In this document: one piece after another, positions 1-11,300 of the stretch
Position numbering within the stretch: the stretch's first letter is position 1
How the letters are laid out: each line of letters begins with the position of its first letter
NCBI GenBank assembly: GCA_903862465.1
Contig: CAIOYH010000068.1
Location: 280-64,279, forward strand
Source: an uncultured bacterium
GTDB lineage: Bacteria; Bacteroidota; Bacteroidia; Bacteroidales; CAIWKO01
Direction of reading: 5' to 3'
DNA: 64,000 nt
Made by a program: the position numbers and the translations under genes
The notes under the pieces: model-generated
The model's input: the letters and a program-made list of their open reading frames with translations, nothing else
Databases searched by the model: none
Told to the model about the DNA's origin: nothing

Positions 1-174
1 CCAAATGTCAAGGAATAAGGAGAATAGGTGCGAAGTTACAAACTTCGCACAACAGTTACAAACTTCGCACAACAAGTTTGGGAAAAAACATGAATGATTT
101 TTATGGAAAACAGCACAATGTGAATCTAAGATAGACGTTAAAAAGAAATAGAGTATTAATAAAAACCTTGAATT

Positions 175-1128
175 ATGAAAACAAAAATTTTGATATGTGT
201 TAGTTTTGTTGCGCTGATGTTGCTTGGGGTGCAATGGAGTGGTTGTGGTAGTAAAAACGCTAAGGAATTGAATGTGGTGGGGAAAGAGAGTGCAGAAAGA
301 ATGATGGAGCAGACGTTAGCTACGGCTTCGGAAAGCAAAGATGAGGCGGCACCACCTACGGATAAGAGTGGTGATAATGCAAAGGCTAAAGAGGAGGGGA
401 ATAAGAGCGGAGGGGAGAAAAACGCGCAAGTGGATGTGGAAAAGATTCCGCAGAAGATAGTGAAAACGGCTGATATAAGTTTTAAGGTGGAAAAGTATGA
501 TGTGGCACGCACGAATATTCTTGGTATCATACAAAAACATCAGGGGTATGTTTCGGCAGAAAATCAAACGGGAGATGTTTATAGAACGACGAATGTGATG
601 GTGGTTCGGGTGGGCGCCGCTCAGTTTGATGGTTTGATTGATGAGTTGTTGAAGCAGGCAGTTTTTGTGGATTATAAAAAGATTAATGCGGATGATGTTA
701 CGGAAGAGTTTGTGGACGTTGCGGCGCGTTTGAAATCGAAGAAGGATGCGCTGTTGCAGTATGAACTTATTTTGAAGAAGGCAAATTCGATAGACGAGAT
801 ATTGGATGTGCAGCAATATATCCGCACGCTTCAGGAAGAAATAGAATCCATGGAAGGGCGTTTGAAATATTTGAACAATAAGGTGGATTTGAGCACGGTG
901 AACATGACTTTTTATGAGCAAAGCGATATGTTGCCTGTTCAAACGGAGTCGTTCGGATGGAAAATGAAAGAGGCATTGGCATGGGGATGGCATGGGTTTT
1001 TGGAGTTTTTGGTGGGGATGGTTTATTTGTGGACCCTGTGGCTTGTGATGGGCATTACGCTTTTTATCATCCTGCGCATGGTGAAGCGGGGACGTAAGAG
1101 AAGGATGCAGCGGAATCAGGCGAAGTAA
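175..1128 (+). CDS. DUF4349-like lipoprotein with C-terminal membrane anchor
   Basis: ATG at 175. Signal/lipobox-like N-terminus (LLGVQWSGC). The central segment DDVTEEFVDVAARLKSKKDALLQYELILKKANSIDEILDVQQYIRTLQEEIESMEGRLKYLNNKVDLSTV matches my recollection of DUF4349. Two C-terminal TM helices and a basic tail. Confidence 0.7.
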   Translation: MKTKILICVSFVALMLLGVQWSGCGSKNAKELNVVGKESAERMMEQTLATASESKDEAAPPTDKSGDNAKAKEEGNKSGGEKNAQVDVEKIPQKIVKTADISFKVEKYDVARTNILGIIQKHQGYVSAENQTGDVYRTTNVMVVRVGAAQFDGLIDELLKQAVFVDYKKINADDVTEEFVDVAARLKSKKDALLQYELILKKANSIDEILDVQQYIRTLQEEIESMEGRLKYLNNKVDLSTVNMTFYEQSDMLPVQTESFGWKMKEALAWGWHGFLEFLVGMVYLWTLWLVMGITLFIILRMVKRGRKRRMQRNQAK

Positions 1129-1136
1129 GCTTAAAC

Positions 1137-1263
1137 GGGAGTTCTATAAATGGCTTTTTCGTCGTTGGACTTCAATTTTTAAAATGCTCATCCCGACTGC
1201 TAGTCTGGACTGCGCTTTTAAAAATCTTGTCCGCCTCGAAAAATCTAATTTATAGAACCCCTC
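1137..1263. repeat. ~125-bp imperfect palindrome (long hairpin) filling the spacer between two + strand genes
   Basis: The left arm gggaGTTCTATAAATgGcTTTTTCG..aTTTTTAAAA.. is mirrored by ..TTTTAAAAAt..CGAAAAAtCtaATTTATAGAACcccc. The centre is near 1199-1201. Roughly three quarters of positions pair. Confidence 0.7.
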
Positions 1264-1284
1264 TAATGTATAATTATAGAGAAG

Positions 1285-2097
1285 ATGGGAATTTATTCGG
1301 AACATATCAGCAGTGTGCAAAATGCCAAAATCAAGAATGTGGTGTTGCTGCAAAAGAAGTATAGTGCCCGCAAAGAACAGCAGTTGATAGTTATTGAAGG
1401 CATCAAGGAGTTGGGCATGGCGGTAAGTGCGGGTTTTGAGATTGACACCTTGTTTGTTTGTTTGGATGTTGTCAAAGACAGGAATGAGACCAATGAGATT
1501 GTTGTTGGGATAGAAGCTGAGAAAGTAATCTCGGTGACCGTTGAGGTTTTTGCGAAGATGGCATATCGGGAAGATTCGGGCGGGGTGTTGGCTTTGGCAA
1601 AGCCGAAGCATCTTGCGTTGGAAGCTGTTGGGTTGGGTGGAAATCCTTTGGTGTTGGTGTTGGATGGTGTGGAAAAGCCCGGCAATTTGGGGGCGGTGCT
1701 GCGTACGGTGGATGCGGTGGCGGCAGATGTGCTGATAGTGTGCGACACGCAGACCGATATCTTTAACCCCAACGTGATACGGTCGAGCATCGGCTGTGTT
1801 TTCAACAATCAAATCATAGTTTGCTCAAGCCATGAAGCGATAGCTTGGTTGCGCAAAAAAGACATACGGATATTCGCAGCAGCTTTGCAAACGGATTTAT
1901 TCTATCATCAAGCTAATTTCACACAGGCAAGCGCTTTGGTGTTTGGCACTGAATCTACCGGGCTGACAGCAGCGTGGTTACAAGCGGCTGATGCCATTAT
2001 AAAGATACCGATGTTGGGCAAAATTGATTCGTTGAACGTTTCAAATTCGGTTGCCATTATGGCGTATGAAGCAAAAAGACAAAGAAATTTCATCTAA
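1285..2097 (+). CDS. TrmH/SpoU-family RNA 2'-O-methyltransferase
   Basis: SpoU motifs are present: GNLGAVLRTVDA, FGTESTGL and IPMLGKIDSLNVSNSVAIMAYE. ATG start. Confidence 0.85.
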   Translation: MGIYSEHISSVQNAKIKNVVLLQKKYSARKEQQLIVIEGIKELGMAVSAGFEIDTLFVCLDVVKDRNETNEIVVGIEAEKVISVTVEVFAKMAYREDSGGVLALAKPKHLALEAVGLGGNPLVLVLDGVEKPGNLGAVLRTVDAVAADVLIVCDTQTDIFNPNVIRSSIGCVFNNQIIVCSSHEAIAWLRKKDIRIFAAALQTDLFYHQANFTQASALVFGTESTGLTAAWLQAADAIIKIPMLGKIDSLNVSNSVAIMAYEAKRQRNFI

Positions 2098-2168
2098 TCT
2101 AAAGTATTATTTGTACCTTTGTGTGAAATATTGATTGTGAAAAGCTGTTCTATTTAAATTGTAAACTT

Positions 2169-2831
2169 ATGAAAGCATATAAATATATTCTTGTTGCCGC
2201 TGTCGTTTGCTTGTTCGTTTCAAACGACATTCAAGCGCAAGCTAACCATAAGAGCGATTCCACCACCACGATTGCCAATCAAACTATCACTAAAAATACA
2301 CCTTTGTGGAGCTACAAACGCATAGGCTTTTCGGTAGATATGGGCTTTGGTGTGTATGGTTCCAAGCATAATTCGGGGAGTTATACCTATGTGGCACCTT
2401 TCATGAGTTATAGGTTCAGCCCGAAGTTTCGTTTGGATGTAGGAGGCATCTATCAACAGGCTTTTGGTGGGTTTAATAATTATCAAGGCTTTGGTTTAGG
2501 CGGAAATGGCGGAAACCTGATGTTGTTTGCGCGTGGCAACTATCTGGTGAACGACCGACTTATCATCTCAGGAACTGTGTATAAAACCTTCGACACCAAC
2601 AAACCCACCAACACCGAATTGATAAACAAAAAGAACTCTTTCGACAACTATGGTGTGAGTGTGGCGGTGGATTATAAGATTACGGAGCATTTGACGATAG
2701 GCGCTCAAATCAATTATTCTAACGGAAACAACAGTCCGTTCTATCAATCGCAGAACAACCCCTATCAAGGAGGCTATCAAACGGGCATCAACACGGGCTA
2801 TCCGAATCGGACGGGCTTCATGGGTTGGTAA
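2169..2831 (+). CDS. putative outer-membrane beta-barrel protein (hypothetical)
   Basis: Signal peptide MKAYKYILVAAVVCLFVSNDIQA. Gly/Asn/Tyr-rich alternating pattern. C-terminal aromatic end (..GFMGW). A TACCTTTG box lies at 2114-2121. Confidence 0.5.
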   Translation: MKAYKYILVAAVVCLFVSNDIQAQANHKSDSTTTIANQTITKNTPLWSYKRIGFSVDMGFGVYGSKHNSGSYTYVAPFMSYRFSPKFRLDVGGIYQQAFGGFNNYQGFGLGGNGGNLMLFARGNYLVNDRLIISGTVYKTFDTNKPTNTELINKKNSFDNYGVSVAVDYKITEHLTIGAQINYSNGNNSPFYQSQNNPYQGGYQTGINTGYPNRTGFMGW

Positions 2832-2834
2832 GCT

Positions 2835-3740
2835 TTAGCATCTACAAATTTCTTCTATCAAGGTCAACCTGTCAGCCATAGGCAAGAGACCATCTATCCA
2901 ATGGATTTTTAAGTTGCGGCGTTCCATGCCACGAAACCAAGTCATTTGGCGTTTCGAGAATTGATGGATGGCGATATTGAGCAGGCGAACCATCTCGTCA
3001 TAACTATATTGGTGGAGCATATACTCTGTGATGAATTTATATTCCAAGCCATAGCGTATCAATCGCGAGGGGCTTATGCCGGCATCCAACAAAGCTTGAA
3101 CTTCGGCTATCATTCCTTCTTGAAGGCGGGCGTGGAGGCGATGTGTTATCCTGTCGCGAACCACATCGCGCGGCAATTGAATACCGAAAATATACTGTTG
3201 AGCGGGCAAATAGCTTTCGGTGGCGATGTTCTTTTCGGAGGAAAAATGAGCAATCTCCAAAGCACGTATCAAACGGCGGCGGTTCTCTGTGTCGGTGTCG
3301 TTGTGGAGGCTTTTATATTGCAGAAGCATCTCTTTCAACTCTTCATCCGTCTTGGCGGCAAGGCTTTGGCGAAACGCTTCATCCACGCCCACATCGGGCA
3401 CGGCATAGTTGCGCAAAACAGCTTCGATATACATACCCGTGCCACCACATAGGATGGGAGTTTTACCTCGCGCAACAATGTCGAGATATGCCGCTTTGAA
3501 ATCCTGCGTGAAGCGAAACAAATTGTACTCTTCTCCTGCCTCAGCAATGTCAATAAGATGATAGGGGATTATGATGTCCTCCCCAGCGAAATCCGAAAGG
3601 TCTTTACCCGTGCCTATAGTCATGTTTCTATACACCTGGCGCGAATCGGCACTGATGATTTCCCCATCAATGCTGTGCGCCAAAGCAACTGCTAATTGTG
3701 TTTTGCCTGTGGCAGTGGGTCCGAGGATGGTTATTAGCAT
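2835..3740 (-). CDS. miaA: tRNA dimethylallyltransferase
   Basis: N-terminus ILGPTATGKTQLAVALAHSIDGEIISADSRQVYRNMTIGTGK (P-loop plus MiaA signature). Length 301 aa. Confidence 0.9.
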   Translation of the reverse strand: MLITILGPTATGKTQLAVALAHSIDGEIISADSRQVYRNMTIGTGKDLSDFAGEDIIIPYHLIDIAEAGEEYNLFRFTQDFKAAYLDIVARGKTPILCGGTGMYIEAVLRNYAVPDVGVDEAFRQSLAAKTDEELKEMLLQYKSLHNDTDTENRRRLIRALEIAHFSSEKNIATESYLPAQQYIFGIQLPRDVVRDRITHRLHARLQEGMIAEVQALLDAGISPSRLIRYGLEYKFITEYMLHQYSYDEMVRLLNIAIHQFSKRQMTWFRGMERRNLKIHWIDGLLPMADRLTLIEEICRC

Positions 3741-3803
3741 GTTTTTGGTAAAAGGTATAAGGTAATGGGTAGATAGTAAATGGTAAAGGGTAATTGGGTC
3801 TTC

Positions 3804-5165
3804 CTACTTTGAAAACGTATTAAACTGCTTCACCCCTACCAACACATCATACATTTTTCCTTGTTCGCGGGTGTAAGCATAGATGGTGTATTCATTGTCG
3901 GTTTCGTAGTGCATGCCTTCCACCAAGGTTTCGTCGCCGGCATGGGAGGTGTTGTCCAAATATACATATTGATAGTTATAATAGCCTTGTTTCAGGTAGA
4001 GGGTGGCTTCATAGCCGCGGCGATTGTAGTTATAACTCAATTTGGCATCTTTGGAATACGCCCAATCGGTTAAGGCGCCTAAGATATAGAGGCTGCCGCC
4101 TGTCAGCGGGGCTTCATATTTCAGAAAGAAATGCACATAAACGTATTCGGCTTCTATGTCGTTGTCTTTGATGTTATCGTCCGATTTGATGAACATCCTG
4201 CCATTGATATCCTTCTGCGACACGAAGACTTTGAAGGTTTTGCGCTCTTCATCTTTCAAAAAGACCTCGTAGCCTATGGAATCTTTCACGATTCGTTGAA
4301 TGAATTCCGTATAGAAATTCATCCCTTTGATGTCGAACCAACGAAAGATATTGCCGCCTGTGAACACGTTTTCTTCTTCATAATTATAATCCAAAATATC
4401 GCCTTTGATGTAAAGCGGTTTCAGGTTCGTGATAGCATTATCCCAGCGACCGTTTTGTTGCAACACGATTTTCAAATCCTGATAAGGGTTGTTGATGGTG
4501 TAGCCTGTTTTGTCAATAGAAAAGTCCACCTCTTGTTTGTAGTTGCGATATTCCACGATGGTGGGCTGCTTCACCACAGCATTGATGGTCACCTTGGGGT
4601 CCACTATCATCATGCGACGGGTGAGCACCAAATCGTCGGGGTTGTCTTCCATATATACTTTCAGGAGATAATTGCCAGAAAGGATGGGAGTCATGCGTTC
4701 GGTGGGCAGGGTGATGGTGTAGTGGATGTATTTTTGCAGGGTGTTGAACGAGAATTTATAATCGCGGATGTCGTCGTCGTAGAAGCCGTTGAGGTATTCG
4801 TTGGGCAATAGGTCGGAAGGCGCCCAGTTGGCGTCGCAATGGATGAGGGTGTAGCGCATGCGTTTGTAAGTGCCGTCCAAATCATCGAAATCAAGAACAA
4901 GTTTTTCTTCACCATTCAAGTTGATGACGGGTGAGGTGAGCACAAAACCTTCCCGATAGAAGAGGACGGTCTTGATGTTGGGCTTATACACATAGTCTTC
5001 GGCGCGGAGATAGTTTTCTTTGAAATATTCGATGGAGGCTTTGGGCAGCGAATCCTTAACGGAAGCTTTTTTGCGCTGTGCCACCAAGCTTTGCGGGATG
5101 CAAAAGCCCATGATGATGCCCAAAAGCACAAGCGATAAACGATAGGAAGGTTTTGAAAGGTGCAT
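3804..5165 (-). CDS. DUF5103 / T9SS plug-like domain protein (secreted)
   Basis: Signal peptide, 453 aa. The segment RMRYTLIHCDANWAPSDLLPNEYLNGF.. matches my recollection of the DUF5103 (T9SS_plug_1st) family. The assignment is from memory only. Confidence 0.5.
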   Translation of the reverse strand: MHLSKPSYRLSLVLLGIIMGFCIPQSLVAQRKKASVKDSLPKASIEYFKENYLRAEDYVYKPNIKTVLFYREGFVLTSPVINLNGEEKLVLDFDDLDGTYKRMRYTLIHCDANWAPSDLLPNEYLNGFYDDDIRDYKFSFNTLQKYIHYTITLPTERMTPILSGNYLLKVYMEDNPDDLVLTRRMMIVDPKVTINAVVKQPTIVEYRNYKQEVDFSIDKTGYTINNPYQDLKIVLQQNGRWDNAITNLKPLYIKGDILDYNYEEENVFTGGNIFRWFDIKGMNFYTEFIQRIVKDSIGYEVFLKDEERKTFKVFVSQKDINGRMFIKSDDNIKDNDIEAEYVYVHFFLKYEAPLTGGSLYILGALTDWAYSKDAKLSYNYNRRGYEATLYLKQGYYNYQYVYLDNTSHAGDETLVEGMHYETDNEYTIYAYTREQGKMYDVLVGVKQFNTFSK

Positions 5166-5182
5166 GTTATTGTTTTATGATA

Positions 5183-5190
5183 CAAAATTA
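5183..5190 (-). promoter_or_regulatory. Bacteroidota -7 box TAATTTTG upstream of the DUF5103 gene
   Basis: The reverse complement of caaaatta is TAATTTTG (TAnnTTTG consensus). It lies 18 nt upstream of the ATG at 5165. Confidence 0.5.
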
Positions 5191-5295
5191 CAAAACTTTG
5201 ATGGAATAGAGGGTATTAATTTGGGAAATTGATGGGGGAGGGTTCGGAAGGGGGGGGTAAATGACAATAACAATGCGTGATTTTGTGAAACAAAA

Positions 5296-5324
5296 AGAGC
5301 CTACATCAATGCGATATAGGCTCT
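5296..5324 (-). terminator. intrinsic terminator hairpin downstream of the giant gene
   Basis: AGAGCCTA..13 nt..TAGGCTCT stem (8 bp) flanked by an A-run and a T-run. It lies 24 nt past the stop at 5348. Confidence 0.65.
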
Positions 5325-5347
5325 TTTATTTTTCTATGAAAAATTAA

Positions 5348-8300
5348 CTATTCCCAACTCACCTTCACATTCTTTGTAGCAAGCGAAGTTTTCACTTTAA
5401 CCAAATAGATAGCTGAGGATAGTTTCAGTGTTTCGGTAAACACATTGCTGCTGTTAGGTTTGGCTTTGAACACGCAAGCTCCTGTGAGAGTAAACACTTC
5501 CACTTCTTGGATTTCTTCACCTGTCTGAGCAATGATGTTTAGCTTTTGACTCGTTGCAAACACATTGATATTGGATGCTGTCAACGGAGCATTGCTGTTG
5601 TTGAATCGGATGAAGAATCTGCCTGTAACCTCGTTGGTTGGAAACTCAAAGTTGTAAGAAGAATTCTCCGATAGATTCGTTATTTTGCCTTTCAAACGGT
5701 CTTCTAAGTAAACGGGGATGCTGCTTTCTAAATCGAAGGCGGTTATCTTCGCTTTGTCGCCAGCACCTCCCATAATGCTTAGAGGAATTATTGCATTGGT
5801 ATTACTGATGGTGTTGATGACTAATTTCTCTCCTGAAGCAGCCTGTGAGTACATTCCAACGGGCAATCCATCGAACATTTTTTCTGAATCATAGTCTTCG
5901 TAGGTAAGTTTTGCGTCAGGATTTCTGCAAATCACCATTTCGTCCATACCCATATCGGTTTCGGTTTTCAGACGCACAAGAATTTCTGTATTGTCTGCCT
6001 CTTTGTAGAATGTGCCGGTGCTATGTGTGCGAGCAGAAAGTGGCAGTGTGATTCTAGGTTTGGCACAAATAGCTTTAACAAAGAAACCTTGCAAAGGAGC
6101 AATGAATTGTTTGGTGGTTGAGGGAACACCTACCCCATTTGCCGAATTATAGACGGAGAAATAGGAAGTGTTGGTTACAGGAGGTCCCATCATTGCAGGA
6201 TTCCATAAATATAAGGTAGTGCTTATATTTGTTTTGCCAAGGTCATTCCAATCTAGATAAGAAGGGAAAGGATTTGCTAACAAATTCCAACTATGAGTTG
6301 CTAAAGGACCATCAAATACTAAAGGAATTGAATAAGTGCAAGGATCAGGAAGATTTGTACAGAACAAATTTCCTGAGAGAGAAGCCGTGAAAGTTGCACT
6401 TGGACACACAGCATAGCCAACAGTAGGTTGCAAGAAATAATACGAAGAAGTAACATTTGTCAACCAATTATGACCATCATTATAAGGTTTCAGTTGTGTG
6501 CTGCCACCTATAGGAGTGATGTTAGAAAGCGAAGCACCCATGCTTTGTTGGAATGGAGAGCCAAACAAATGCCAGTTATTGGTCAGAGCCCTTTGAGTAG
6601 TAGCAGGCAAACTACATGAATTATTGATAAATGATGAGCCGGATGCTAGCACCAAACCACTTACCCCTGCATTGTTTGTTATGGAGCCTTCAACGGTAAC
6701 TTTGCTACAACCGTTTAACGTAAGCGATTTGCCCGTGTTGATGGTGAAATTAGATCCACTTCCGGTTATGGTAATACCTGTTATATGAGTGCAGTTGTCA
6801 AATGTTATGTTTTTATCAATAGTGATACTAGTAGCTAAAGTAATGGTTTGCCCATCAATTTCCTGTGCGAAAGTAACGGTTCCATTGTTATTAACATTAG
6901 CAATGGCATCCCTCAAAGAGCCGTAGCCACTGTTCAAGGTGTTGGTAACAGTTACTGAAGTATTATTATTAATAGTTAATGTGCCATTATAATACGTGAT
7001 AGCGTAGTTATTTGATGTTTGTCCACTTGGTATAATGGTATAAGTACCAACGGCGGTGGCAGTAGGAGCTGTACCTCCAAAAGCAATAGAACCTTCCAGA
7101 TCAGTATCGTTTTCACCTGTGATAAAACCACTATATGTAACCGTAAAAGAATTAAATACTAAACCATCATAATTCTTAGATTTGTTTTCTGCCGTTATGG
7201 TTAATGGTTTTGCTGAGATATCAGCAATTAAATAGCTAGGCTGTATAAGGTTGTAATTGAAAGCATCTGCACCAGAAATTGTCATTGTTGAAGAAACAAC
7301 GATGTCTGTTCCAACATTTGCTTGCACAAAATTACCTGTTGTGCTATTTCCAAGGTTAACAGTTCCACTATATAACACACCATTTAATTGAGCTCCGCTT
7401 ACACTAGCAATTGTGTATGTGTCATATATTTTATTATGTGCCAAAGCATTTATTACCGTGAGTGTTGCCTTACTTACGGTTAATGTTCCCGCAACATGTG
7501 TTACCTCATAATTTGTAGCTGTACCACCTGATGCCGTAATCGGATGCGTTCCGAAAGTCGCTGCTGCGCCTATTGTGGTACTTAGATTTACACCCGTTAT
7601 TACAGAATAATCATCAGTATAATAAAAAGTACCCGTTATCGAATAATCTAAAGCAGGATCTATTGCTCCATAAACTTTCGATTTACTATTTGCAGTAACC
7701 GTTAATGCCGCTGCTTTGCTCACGGTTAATGTTCCATTTGCATGTGTTACCTCATAATTTGTAGCAGTTCCTCCCGTAGCTGTAATGTCATGTGTTCCGT
7801 ACGTTGCTGCTGCGCCTATTGTGGTACTTAGATTAACACCTGTAATTACTGAATAGGTATCGCTGTAATATAAAGTTCCCGATGCAGTATAATCTAAGTT
7901 AGGGTCTGTTGCTCCATATACTTTTGATTTATTATTGGCAGTTACGGTTAATGGTGCTTTATTCACCGTTAAGGTAAAACTTGTAGAAGTTGTTTCGCTG
8001 CAAACACCGTTTTTTACTATTGCTCTATAATACCATGTACCAGCAGTTGTGGGATACTCTGAATAGGTGTCATTAGTATTGGAAATAGTTGTCCAACTTC
8101 CAAGGTTTAATTTTTTCTCCCAACCTTGTATTATGCCTGTATAACCACCTAAAGTCATGGTTCCTGTTGAAGAGCCATACGTAATAGAGCTTGTTCCACT
8201 AATGCTTCCCCCATTGGAGGTCGGGTCAACTGTGATTGAAGCAGAACCTGTTTGTAACTGAGAACAACCATATACATCAGAAACACTTACCAGATCGTAA

Positions 8301-11300
8301 ACAAACTCACCGGAATTAATTGTTGACTGTGGAACAGTAATCGAATTTCCTACAGAAGTAACAAAAGTATTCCCACCAGAGTTTAGAGTATAGGTAAATG
8401 AATACGCTGATGTTCCGCCTGCTCCTGTAAAGGTAATTTCTGGTGAAGGAGTTGAACCAACACATGCTGTTGCTGTCCCATTGATACTTGCAGTAGGTAG
8501 TGGGTGAACAACAAAGTTTGTTATCATGTCTGTGAAGTTTGTAGTGCAACCATTCACAGCGATTGAAGTAAGTTCATAAATATAATTGTCAGGAGAAAAG
8601 CCTGACCCGGTGTAGGATACATTACCTAAGGCATCTGATGTAACATTTCTTGTAACATTCAAAACAGTTGAACCATAAGTTATGGTACTGTAAAAGGTAT
8701 TGTTTAGATTAGGTAATAAACCACTGGCAGTAAATAATACATCGTCGCCATAGCAATTGGAAGGGCTAACTGTTCCTGTTGTAAAGGTAGGATTTGGTTT
8801 TACGACTATTTGTTTATATCCAGAATTAAGGGTCAAACAAACACCACTTTTAACCACAGCTCTAAAACGGGTAGTTTCTGATAATGGACCCGAAGTGTAG
8901 GAGTCATTGGTATTAGTAATATCAGTCCAAACAGTAAACGGAGATACTGTTGATTGCCACTTTTGAACCGTTCCCATATATCCTGTTAAGCTTAACAAGC
9001 CGCTTGTGTTGCCGAAACAGATAGATGAAGTTCCTGTAACTGTACCACCAACTGTTGTTGGATCAACACTTATCAAAACTGGATCTGAATTTGCTTGTGA
9101 GCAAGCACCACTTTTAACCACTGCACGAAAATAGGTGTTTGAGGAAAGGTTACCAATAGTCGCTCCGGTTAAAGTTATTGAAGTACTAACAATAGTAATA
9201 GGACTAGTAAAAGAAACATCTGACGATTTTTCCCATCTCACAACACTTCCTGTATTACCACTTAAAGTTAGGCTTGCAGGCGTACTTCCGGAACAAATTG
9301 TTTGATTGCTAGCTACGGCTCCCCCAACGGATAAAGGATTTACGGTTACAAGAGTGTTAGCCGAAATAGCTTGCGAACAAGTTCCACTTTTAACAAATGC
9401 TCTGAACCTTGTGTTTTGAGTTAAAGGACCAGATGTATAGGTGGTGTTAGTATTTGCAAGGTCAGAATAAGTCCATGTCCCGGAAATCAATACTCCCGAT
9501 TGCCACTTAACAACAGTTCCGGTTTGTCCGGTAAGCGTGAGTAAACCACTGTTGGTTCCATAACAGACGCTTGTACCTCCTGTAACACTACCTCCTACTG
9601 ATGCAGGATTAACTGTTACAGTGGTCGGGTCAGAATAAGCTTCTGGACAAGTACCATTTTGAACTACTGCCCTGAATTCAGTTGTTTCTGATAGTGCACC
9701 TGATGTATAAGTTGCCAAAGTATTACTAATGTCAGTCCATGAAGTGAATGGACTTACGGATGATTGCCATTTGATAATGGTTCCAGTGTAGCTGCCTAAA
9801 GTTAATAAATCGCTTGTGCTTCCTGAACAAATGGTAGTTCCACCACTAACGGCTCCTCCAACAGAAGTGGGGTCAACTGTTACGGTTGTCGGATCAGAAT
9901 TGGCTACAGGACAAACACCGCTTTGAACTACTGCTCTGAATTGAGTGGTTTCTGATAAAGCTTCTGAAGTATAAGTTGTCAAAGTGTTACTTATATCATT
10001 CCATGAAGTGAATGGACTTAGGGATGATTGCCATTTGATAATGGTTCCAGTGTAGCTGCCTAAAGTTAATAAACCGCTGATGCTTCCCGAACAAATGGTA
10101 GTTCCACCACTAACGGCTCCACCAACAGAAGTGGGGTCAACGGTTACGGTTGTTGGAGTGGAGTTTGTTGCTGAACAAACACCGCTTTGAACTACTGCTC
10201 TAAATTGAGTGGTTTCTGATAAAGTTCCTGAAGTATAAGTTGCCAAAGTGTTACTTATATCATTCCATGAAGTGAATGGACTTACGGATGATTGCCATTT
10301 GATTATGGTTCCAGTGTAGCTGCCTAAAATTAATAAACCGCTAGTGACTCCCGAACAAACGGTCGTTCCACCACTAACGGCTCCACCCTCAGAAGTGGGG
10401 TCAACTGTTACGGTTGTTGAAGTGGAGTTTGTTGCTGAACAAACACCGCTTTGAATTACTGCTCTAAATTGAGTGGTTTCTGATAAAGTTTCTGAAGTAT
10501 AAGTTGCCAAAGTATTACTAATGTCTGTCCATGAAGTGAATGGACTTACGGATGATTGCCATTTGATTATGGTTCCAGTGTAGCTGCCTAAAGTTAATAA
10601 ACCACTTGTGCTTCCCGAACAAATGGTAGTTCCACCACTAACGGCTCCACCCTCAGAAGTGGGGTCAACTGTTACGGTTGTTGAAGTGGAGTTTGTTGCT
10701 GAACAAACACCGCTTTGAACTACTGCCCTGAATTCAGTTGTTTCTGATAGTGCACCTGATGTATAAGTTGCCAAAGTATTACTAATGTCTGTCCATGAAG
10801 TGAATGGACTTACGGATGATTGCCATTTGATTATGGTTCCAGTGTAGCTGCCTAAAGTTAATAAACCGCTTGTGCTTCCCGAACAAATGGTAGTTCCACC
10901 ACTAACTGTGCCAGCAACAGTTGCAGGATAAACAATAAATGCCCCTGAAATCAAACTCTTTTGTGGCGTTCCACACAAGCCTGTTACTACACAATAGTAA
11001 TACAAAGTTCCCTCGGTACCTGCTTGGGGTGTATAACTATTAGTTTGTGCACCATTAGTTGAGCTCAGGGTTTGTCCACCGCTATTGCTATTGCTTAAAT
11101 TGCTAAACCATTGATAGCTTAAACTGGTTCCCGTAGCTGTTACAGTAATAGGGGTGAAGGTTCCACCGACACATTGAGTTTGCATATCAGTTGCTTGGTT
11201 TGTAATAGCGGGGTTGGTACAAGAGCAATTCGTACTAAAACTTGCCCCTGCATCTTTATTTGTCCAATTGGCAGTTGACCATGCAACATTGTCCACCTGA

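Noticed and set aside
316-993. 225-aa ORF antisense to the DUF4349-like gene (also 767-982 and 156-530)
   Set aside because: It lies entirely within a better-supported gene on the opposite strand. Its composition is low-complexity and His/Arg/Leu-rich, with no motifs.
1144-1812. 222-aa and 171-aa minus-strand ORFs across the TrmH-like gene
   Set aside because: Both are antisense to a gene with clear SpoU motifs. The first begins inside the long palindrome.
4131-4811. 226-aa + strand ORF inside the DUF5103 gene
   Set aside because: Antisense shadow ORF with no start context or motifs.
9600-10925. Diversity-generating retroelement acting on the near-identical adhesin repeats
   Set aside because: There is no reverse transcriptase ORF or template-repeat arrangement in the window. 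The few differences I could read are not obviously adenine-specific.
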